Below are positions 26,821 to 32,256 of a DNA stretch of 32,256 bases, piece after piece. The number at the start of each line of letters is the position of its first letter. The first letter of the stretch is position 1. This DNA is from an uncultured Pseudomonadota bacterium (GTDB lineage: Bacteria; SAR324; NAC60-12). Location: positions 1-32,256 of the forward strand of contig CAJWCD010000022.1 of assembly GCA_913020725.1 (NCBI GenBank), given 5' to 3'. The position numbers and the translations under genes were made by a program. The notes under the pieces were generated by a model, which was given only the letters and a program-made list of their open reading frames with translations, did no database searches and was not told the origin of the DNA.

Positions 26821-27980
26821 CCGGCGAAATCACGCTCGGCAGCGAGGAAATCTCGCGCTACACCCGCCACTTGACCCTCCCGGAAGTGGGCATGGAGGGG
26901 CAGAAAAACTTCAAAGGCGGGAAGGTCTTGCTGATCGGCGCGGGTGGACTCGGTTCGCCAATGGCGCTCTATCTGGCTGCGGCAGGAGTTGGAGTGCTGG
27001 GAATTGTGGATGACGACGAGGTGGATCGTTCCAATCTCCAGCGGCAGATCGCTCATGCCGAAAGCGATGTCGGCAAGCCCAAGGTGGATTCCGCCCGCGA
27101 GGCCATCCGGGGCATCAATCCGCATGTTGAGGTGGAGGCCCACCCCGTCCGGCTCACGCGGGAGAACGCCACCAAACTGTTCGCGCAGTACGACATCATC
27201 GCGGACGGCAGCGACAATTTCCAGACGCGCTACCTCATCAACGACGCCGCCTACTTTGCCGGAAAGCCCCTCGTTTCGGCCTCGATCTTCCGTTTTCAGG
27301 GCCAGTTGACAGTGTTCGACCCGCACAACGGCGGGCCGTGCTATCGCTGTCTCTACGCCGAGCCGCCCCCCCCCGCCTTGGTTCCAAGCTGAGCAGAGGC
27401 GGGTGTCCTGGGCGTGCTCCCAGGCGTGATGGGGACTTTGCAGGCGACCGAAGTGCTCAAGCTGTTGCTGGGCAAGGGGAAATCCCTGAGCGGGCGTTTG
27501 TTGGTGTACGACGCGATGAAACTCTCGTTCCGCGAGTTGAAACTGCGACGCGATGAAAACTGCGCTTTGTGCGGCGACCAGCCCACGATTACGGAACTTC
27601 AGGATTACGAGGCGTTCTGTGCCGTTCCCCTTGCAACCGCTGAAGAGGAAAAGGAATTGCTTCCGGACGAGATCACCCCGCAAGAACTGAAAGCGTGGAT
27701 GGACGGCGAGCAACCATGCTCGCTCGTGGATGTGCGCGAAACGCAAGAGTGGGAAATCTGCCGCATCGACTCGGCACAACTGCTGCCGTTGAGTACTTTC
27801 AAAACCGCTGCGGACGCACTGAATCCGGATGAGCGCATCGTGCTGTACTGCTACAAGGGCAAGCGCTCCCTGCAAGCGTTGGAAAAACTCCGGGAAGCAG
27901 GTTTTACCAAACTGCACAGCCTGGCGGGCGGCATTGACCGCTGGGCAGAGCAAGTGGACCCGGAAATGCCGCGTTACTGA
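26817..27980 (+). CDS. moeB: MoeB/ThiF-rhodanese fusion (MoeZ-like E1 enzyme), 387 aa, with in-frame TGA at codon 192 predicted as selenocysteine
   Basis: Track ORFs 26817-27392 and 27414-27980 are in the same frame. Read-through gives CYRCLY-AEPPPPALVPS-[TGA]-AEAGVLGVLPG...CALC and a rhodanese domain (LYCYKGKRS). GAGGLG, SNLQRQ and DGSDNF are intact. Confidence 0.9.
27403..27427 (+). promoter_or_regulatory. Putative bacterial SECIS element
   Basis: Stem CCTGGG (27407-27412)/CCCAGG (27419-27424) with loop CGTGCT (G at loop position 2), a bulged T27406 and lower pairs G-C, T-G, G-T. The loop begins 20 nt after the TGA. Confidence 0.72.
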
Positions 27981-27988
27981 TTAAAGAT

Positions 27989-28468
27989 ATGTCGAATCAA
28001 ATTGCACTCAAGGTTCCAGAAGACCTGCTGGAGCAGTGTTTTGCGCAGGGGCTGTCGGATTACCCCAATGAAACCTGTGGGGTGTTGAGTGGTCCCAAGG
28101 CCGCTGCTGGAAAGGTGGATGCCTGCCACCCGCTCACGAACGTCTTGGAGGAACTCCACGAACTTGACCCAGAACACCATCCCCGCTCCCCGACCGAGGG
28201 CTACCTTATCGACCCCCGCGAGCAACTGAAACTGGACCGGGAACTGCGCAAATCTGGGCGAGCCATGCGCATCATCTACCACAGCCATCCGGACGTAGGT
28301 GCCTATTTTTCCCAGCAAGACATTGAGGATGCGCTCTGGGATGGACGCCCGCGTTATCCCGGTATCCAGTACCTCGTGCTTGGTGTGAAACCAAACCAGC
28401 GCGACGGGGCCATTCTCGCGGTGTTCAATGACGAAACCAGGGAGTTTGACACCCATCCCGTCTGCTGA
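27989..28468 (+). CDS. JAB/Mov34/MPN+ metalloprotease (Mec/HcyD-like)
   Basis: YPNETCG (Glu) and YHSHPDVGAYFSQQD (HxH-x7-S-x2-D JAMM motif). Confidence 0.92.
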   Translation: MSNQIALKVPEDLLEQCFAQGLSDYPNETCGVLSGPKAAAGKVDACHPLTNVLEELHELDPEHHPRSPTEGYLIDPREQLKLDRELRKSGRAMRIIYHSHPDVGAYFSQQDIEDALWDGRPRYPGIQYLVLGVKPNQRDGAILAVFNDETREFDTHPVC

Positions 28469-28484
28469 CTCTTCTCAGCATCCG

Positions 28485-30257
28485 ATGTCCGCCACTTCCC
28501 CTTTGCTCGCTCTCAATCAACCGGTTGGCGGCGAATTTGGCATCACCGCAGAACTGCCCACGCTTGAGTTGATCCACAGCTTCCGAGAGGGCAAGTTTCC
28601 GCTGCGCTACGGTTACTACCGCCACGTTGACCATCCCAAGCTGAAAGTTCTTCAAGAGGCCCTTGCCGAACAATGCGGGGTGCCCCACGCACGACTGTTC
28701 TGTTCTGCCCACGCAGCCCTTTACGAATTGCTGCGGCTGCTGGCCCACGAGCGCAAGGGACGCCGCCTGATCGTCTTGCACTCTGGTGAATTGACTCCCG
28801 AATGGCACGAACGCCTTGCGCTGGTGCAAGCCGAGTGCGTTTTCCTGCGGCTTGCTGTGGAACCGCTTCCGGAGGCTTCGGAATGGAGTCGTCACGATCT
28901 GCTGCTGCTGCTTCACAAGGGCAGTGATCCGGAAACCCTGCCTCTTCAGGAAGCTGGGCGCGGCACGTTGCTGGTGTGTTCGGATGCGCTGCCGCCATCT
29001 CTTGAAAACCATCCACACATCAAGTACTGGACCGCCCCGGTTTCCGACGCTCAAGGTGCGGAAATCGGCGGAGTCGTGTTGGGAAAAGTGGATCGGGTGA
29101 TGGGCGAATTGCACGAGTTGCGCAAACAACGCGGGGCTATCTTCTCCACGCGCTTGACGACTCAAGCCAATCCGCAAAATCTGAAGTCAGTTTCGAGCAT
29201 TTCAGCGGCTCTGACTGCATCCGTTGCCCATCGGGAGATTCGCCGCATCTTCACCGAAATGGACAATGCGGAGGATGCCCTGCTGTACCCCTCCGGCATG
29301 GCGGCGATCACGATGATTCTGGACGCCCTGCGCACCGTTGAGCGGCCTAAGATGATCATGATCGGCACGCTCTACACCGACACTTACGGACTGCTGCGGG
29401 GCAGTGTTCTGGAGGGCACGACGCTCGATTGGGAGTGGGTGAGTGTTGGTGATTTGGGACGGTTGGAACACGCCATCGACGACCGCACCGCGTTGGTTTT
29501 CACGGAGACGATCACCAATCCGTTGGGAGACGTTTCGGACTTGTGGGCCGTCAGTGAACTCACTCGACGTCACAGAATTCCGCTGGTGGTGGACAACACG
29601 CTGGCCACGCCTTTCAACTGCCAGCCTCTGGCGTGCGGCGCAGACCTCGTGGTCTATAGCACCGCCAAACACTTTTCCGGAAGCAACGCGCACCGGGGGG
29701 GGATGGTGCTGTTCCGTGAGGGCGCGTTGGCCGACACCTTGCGCTGCCAGCATCGTTTGCTGAACATGGAGCTTTGCGAGGACGAAGCGTCATCCTTGCG
29801 AGGGTGCTTGACCGACTTTCCGGAGCGCATGGCGCAGTTCAACACCAACGGACTCCGGGTTGCCGAGTTCCTCTGCCAGCACCCGGCGGTCAAAGAGGTG
29901 CACTTCCCCGGACTCCCGGATCACCCCAGCCATGCCGTGAGCCAACGCCTCTTGCGCGGTACTGGATCGGTGATCAGTTGGACGCTCCACCACGACCATC
30001 CAGAATCCTTTCAGGCGGTGTACGATGGTCTCTGGGGGCCAATCCTCAAAGCCCCCACGCTGGGTTCCAACACAACGCTGATGTGCCCTTACGCGCTGGT
30101 GGCGCACTACCATGCGACTGACGAGGAACTGCTGGACTTGGGGTTTCCCCGGACACTGCTGCGCATTGCAGTGGGTTGCGAATCTAACCTAAACGAGGTG
30201 CTGGCCGGACTGCAAACCGCACTGGCCCGCGCCTTTCCACAACCCGGACAGGGGTGA
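28485..30257 (+). CDS. Long Cys/Met-metabolism PLP enzyme (cystathionine gamma-synthase-like, Str2-type architecture)
   Basis: YPSGMAA, ETITNP, VVDNTLATP, YSTAKHFSG (PLP Lys) and KAPTLGSNTTLMCPYALVAHY...LRIAVGCE. Probable start ATG 28485; the track start is 28428. Confidence 0.82.
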   Translation: MSATSPLLALNQPVGGEFGITAELPTLELIHSFREGKFPLRYGYYRHVDHPKLKVLQEALAEQCGVPHARLFCSAHAALYELLRLLAHERKGRRLIVLHSGELTPEWHERLALVQAECVFLRLAVEPLPEASEWSRHDLLLLLHKGSDPETLPLQEAGRGTLLVCSDALPPSLENHPHIKYWTAPVSDAQGAEIGGVVLGKVDRVMGELHELRKQRGAIFSTRLTTQANPQNLKSVSSISAALTASVAHREIRRIFTEMDNAEDALLYPSGMAAITMILDALRTVERPKMIMIGTLYTDTYGLLRGSVLEGTTLDWEWVSVGDLGRLEHAIDDRTALVFTETITNPLGDVSDLWAVSELTRRHRIPLVVDNTLATPFNCQPLACGADLVVYSTAKHFSGSNAHRGGMVLFREGALADTLRCQHRLLNMELCEDEASSLRGCLTDFPERMAQFNTNGLRVAEFLCQHPAVKEVHFPGLPDHPSHAVSQRLLRGTGSVISWTLHHDHPESFQAVYDGLWGPILKAPTLGSNTTLMCPYALVAHYHATDEELLDLGFPRTLLRIAVGCESNLNEVLAGLQTALARAFPQPGQG

Positions 30258-30287
30258 GGCACACACCACCAAGCTCGCAGAAAAACC

Positions 30288-30316
30288 TTGCAAACTCTGC
30301 AATTTCCTCCTAGCAT
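30288..30316 (+). promoter_or_regulatory. Putative sigma70 promoter for the tRNA
   Basis: TTGCAA, 17 bp spacer, TAGCAT, ending 16 nt upstream of the tRNA. Confidence 0.55.
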
Positions 30317-30332
30317 TTGTGGAAGTATTTGT

Positions 30333-30408
30333 TCCCCGATAGCTCAGTTGGTAGAGCAGGTGACTGTTAATCACCGGGTCGCTGGTTCGAGTCCAGCTCG
30401 GGGAGCCA
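30333..30408 (+). tRNA. tRNA-Asn (GTT)
   Basis: 76-nt cloverleaf: acceptor TCCCCGA/TCGGGGA, D arm GCTC..GAGC, anticodon stem GGTGA/TCACC with GTT at 30366-30368, GGTTCGAGTCC T arm and encoded CCA. Confidence 0.97.
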
Positions 30409-30424
30409 GTGTTTGCAAGGGTTC

Positions 30425-30455
30425 ATAGGTTTTTACAATTCCCATAAAAACCTAT
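30425..30455. repeat. Perfect 11-bp inverted repeat just downstream of the tRNA (terminator-like or att-associated hairpin)
   Basis: ATAGGTTTTTA - 9 nt - TAAAAACCTAT. Confidence 0.7.
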
Positions 30456-30457
30456 TC

Positions 30458-30610
30458 CGTTCCACTCTCGTTCCACTCCCAGAAATCCTTCAAATTTCTC
30501 GTCTACCTTCCCTTATCTAATTCTTCATAATTTTATCCTTTTATTTCTGATAGATAGCAAGATAGCAGCGCTCTCCCGCCGAATAATTAGTGGAACATAA
30601 GTGGAACATA
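30458..30610. repeat. Two tandem pairs of GTTCCACT/AGTGGAAC repeats (putative integrase arm-type sites)
   Basis: CGTTCCACTC at 30458 and 30469; AGTGGAACATA at 30589 and 30600. Both pairs have an 11-bp period and are inverted relative to each other. Confidence 0.7.
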
Positions 30611-30749
30611 TGTTTATGTTCACTAACAATAACAAATAATATAAGAATGTTATCTTATGTGAACACAAGACTCACGGACATGTTGTCATCTCTCCTTAGT
30701 TCTGGTACCCTTTCCTAGAGTAACTTCCTAACCAACTTTCAAAGCACAC

Positions 30750-31820
30750 ATGGCTAGTATCCAGATACGAGAAAAGAATGGTCGGCCTTCATACACGGTT
30801 AAAATTCGCCTCAGGGGCCACAAACCCGTATTTGCAACCTTTCATCGGTTGACGGACGCCAAGAAATGGGCGACACAAACGGAGGCGGCAATCCGGGAAG
30901 GTCGTTATTTCAAAACCGCCGAAGCTCAAAGGCACACCGTAAAAGACTTGGTTGAACGGTACTGTGCCGAAGTTCTCCCTCAAAAACCACGAAGCGCATA
31001 CCACTACAAGATCCAGCTGTCATGGTGGAAAGAGAAAATTGGACACATTCTCCTTTTTGATTTAACCCCTTCATTGCTTAACGAGTACCGGACAAAGCTC
31101 GTTAAGCATCAAACTCTCAGAGGCACTGTGCGCTCCCCAAGCACTGTTAACCGCTACCTTGCTGCTCTTTCCACCGCATGTACAACAGCAGTCAGGGAGT
31201 GGGAATGGATGGAGGAAAATCCAGTTCTCAAAGTCTCCAAGCTTAAGGAGCCAAGAGGGCGCATCCGTTATCTGGACGACAATGAGCGAGAGGTGTTGCT
31301 AACGGCATGTAAGGCATCCAGCAACCCAAATCTTTATACAGCGGTCGTGTTAGCCTTGGCCACAGGAGCGAGGCAGATGGAGGTTTGGGGGTTGAGCTGG
31401 AGAGACATTGACCTCCAGCGAGGTTTCATCACTTTGATGGATACGAAAAACCAAGACCCACGCTCAATTCCACTTCGAGGACACGCCCTGGAATTAGTAA
31501 AGGAGAAATCCAAAGTAAGACGTTTGGACACCAACCGGTTGTTCCCCTCCAAAAAGAATCCACTTAATTCCTTTGATTTTAGAGCCCCCTTTGTCCGGGC
31601 GTTGAAGGAAGCCGGGATTGAGGATTTCAGATGGCACGATCTCCGGCATTCGTGTGCCAGTTACCTAGCAATGGAGGGAGTCCCAATTAGGACAATAGCT
31701 GAAATTCTGGGACATCGCACCCTCCAGATGGTGCAGAGGTACACCCATCTTTCGCCGGAACATTTGGCAGAAGCAGTCGGAAACATGAACAAGAAAATCT
31801 TTGGAGAAGGATCACAATGA
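30750..31820 (+). CDS. Tyrosine recombinase/integrase
   Basis: Complete catalytic set: TGARQME (R), TKN (K), WHDLRH (HxxR), LGH (H) and RYTH (Y), plus an N-terminal arm-binding-like segment. Confidence 0.95.
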   Translation: MASIQIREKNGRPSYTVKIRLRGHKPVFATFHRLTDAKKWATQTEAAIREGRYFKTAEAQRHTVKDLVERYCAEVLPQKPRSAYHYKIQLSWWKEKIGHILLFDLTPSLLNEYRTKLVKHQTLRGTVRSPSTVNRYLAALSTACTTAVREWEWMEENPVLKVSKLKEPRGRIRYLDDNEREVLLTACKASSNPNLYTAVVLALATGARQMEVWGLSWRDIDLQRGFITLMDTKNQDPRSIPLRGHALELVKEKSKVRRLDTNRLFPSKKNPLNSFDFRAPFVRALKEAGIEDFRWHDLRHSCASYLAMEGVPIRTIAEILGHRTLQMVQRYTHLSPEHLAEAVGNMNKKIFGEGSQ

Positions 31821-32256
31821 CCAATCTAACTGAACGAACTGAACTAGAACCGAGTAAGGTGATAACCCAATGTTATGGAAAAGAAATCTGGAATATGACA
31901 GATGATGAACTGGTATCATTTCTTAATTCCCAGTTTGGAGAGGCGGTTTCTAGAGGATACACGGCAATACATATTAATTGCGTTCCCGAAGACCGAGAAG
32001 AGTTAATCCGGAATTGGTCAAAAAAAAAGGAGGATACTTCCAACAGAATCAGTGTGAGTTATAAAATGACTGAGAGTGGTTTAACAACTGAAGAGGAGGA
32101 TGAGTTTGAAGATCAATGGAATTTAGAGCTACCAGATAATTCAAATGACCTATCAGAAGATGAGGAAAAGGAGTTTGAATTGAGATGGAGATCCAAGCCT
32201 GTTTATGAACAACTAGGTCTGGCAGAATCAATGATTGCTGGATTTAAGGAAGTTCT
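31817..32256 (+). CDS. Acidic hypothetical cargo protein (partial, runs off the window)
   Basis: ATG overlaps the integrase stop (ATGA). The frame stays open for 146 codons to the window end (MTNLTERTELEPSKV...EEEDEFEDQW...). Absent from the ORF track because there is no stop codon. Confidence 0.7.
   Translation, partial: MTNLTERTELEPSKVITQCYGKEIWNMTDDELVSFLNSQFGEAVSRGYTAIHINCVPEDREELIRNWSKKKEDTSNRISVSYKMTESGLTTEEEDEFEDQWNLELPDNSNDLSEDEEKEFELRWRSKPVYEQLGLAESMIAGFKEV

Larger units (their letters stand above)
30409..32256. mobile_element. Left end of an integrative element or genomic island inserted at tRNA-Asn
   Basis: Abrupt shift to AT-richer sequence after the tRNA 3' end, repeated motifs and an adjacent tyrosine integrase. 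The right end lies outside the window. Confidence 0.8.

Noticed and set aside
27390..27392. moeB as a nonsense-mutated pseudogene or as two separate genes
   Set aside because: The stop falls exactly on the conserved Cys, both halves are otherwise intact, the second half has no convincing RBS and a SECIS-like hairpin follows. Sec recoding is the more economical reading, although a chance TGC-to-TGA mutation cannot be excluded from this window alone.
26539..28468. CBASS/Bil-type ubiquitin-like anti-phage system
   Set aside because: No E2, CD-NTase or effector gene is present. The E1 carries a rhodanese domain and the partner is a Cys/Met PLP enzyme, which points to sulfur transfer.
28463..28480. 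Cys-TGA at the end of the JAB gene as a second selenocysteine (CU motif)
   Set aside because: The JAB domain is already complete. The local hairpin (TGCTGA/TCAGCA) includes the TGA itself rather than lying downstream, and read-through would run out of frame into the next gene.
26817..30257. Genome-wide UGA reassignment (to Trp or Gly)
   Set aside because: Many genes in the window end at TGA at their expected C-termini with ATGA/GTGA/TGATG overlaps, and Trp is encoded by TGG.
30458..30610. CRISPR array
   Set aside because: The repeats are only 10-11 bp, tandem, without unique spacers, and no cas genes are present.

Overview
Bacterial chromosomal window, moderately GC-rich until about 30.4 kb. 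Left part (1-12.9 kb, + strand): a catabolic gene run made of an aldehyde-dehydrogenase-like tail, a HisC-like aminotransferase, a phytoene-desaturase-like flavoprotein, a nitrilase-superfamily amidase, a sugar-type ABC importer, an MFS transporter, an SDR and an alpha/beta hydrolase. Middle: udk, an orphan fliN-like gene, gloB, a highly structured intergenic region (candidate ncRNA), rplC outside the S10 operon, a MotA/TolQ/ExbB + atypical ExbD-like + TPR-lipoprotein trio, a SpoU methyltransferase, several hydrolases and small toxin-antitoxin-type remnants. The most notable element (25.8-30.3 kb) is a ubiquitin-like sulfur-carrier operon divergent from an XRE-cupin regulator: a carrier ending GG-WT, a MoeB/ThiF-rhodanese E1-like enzyme, a JAB protease and a long Str2-like trans-sulfuration PLP enzyme. 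The ORF track splits the E1 gene in two at an in-frame TGA (27390-27392). That TGA falls exactly at the conserved active-loop Cys (VPS-[TGA]-AEAGVLG) and is followed by a bacterial SECIS-like hairpin, so the E1 is very probably a selenoprotein. The window ends with tRNA-Asn(GTT) and the left end of an AT-richer integrative element (repeats resembling arm-type sites, a tyrosine integrase and a partial cargo ORF). All family assignments come from motifs recognised by eye; no database searches were run.
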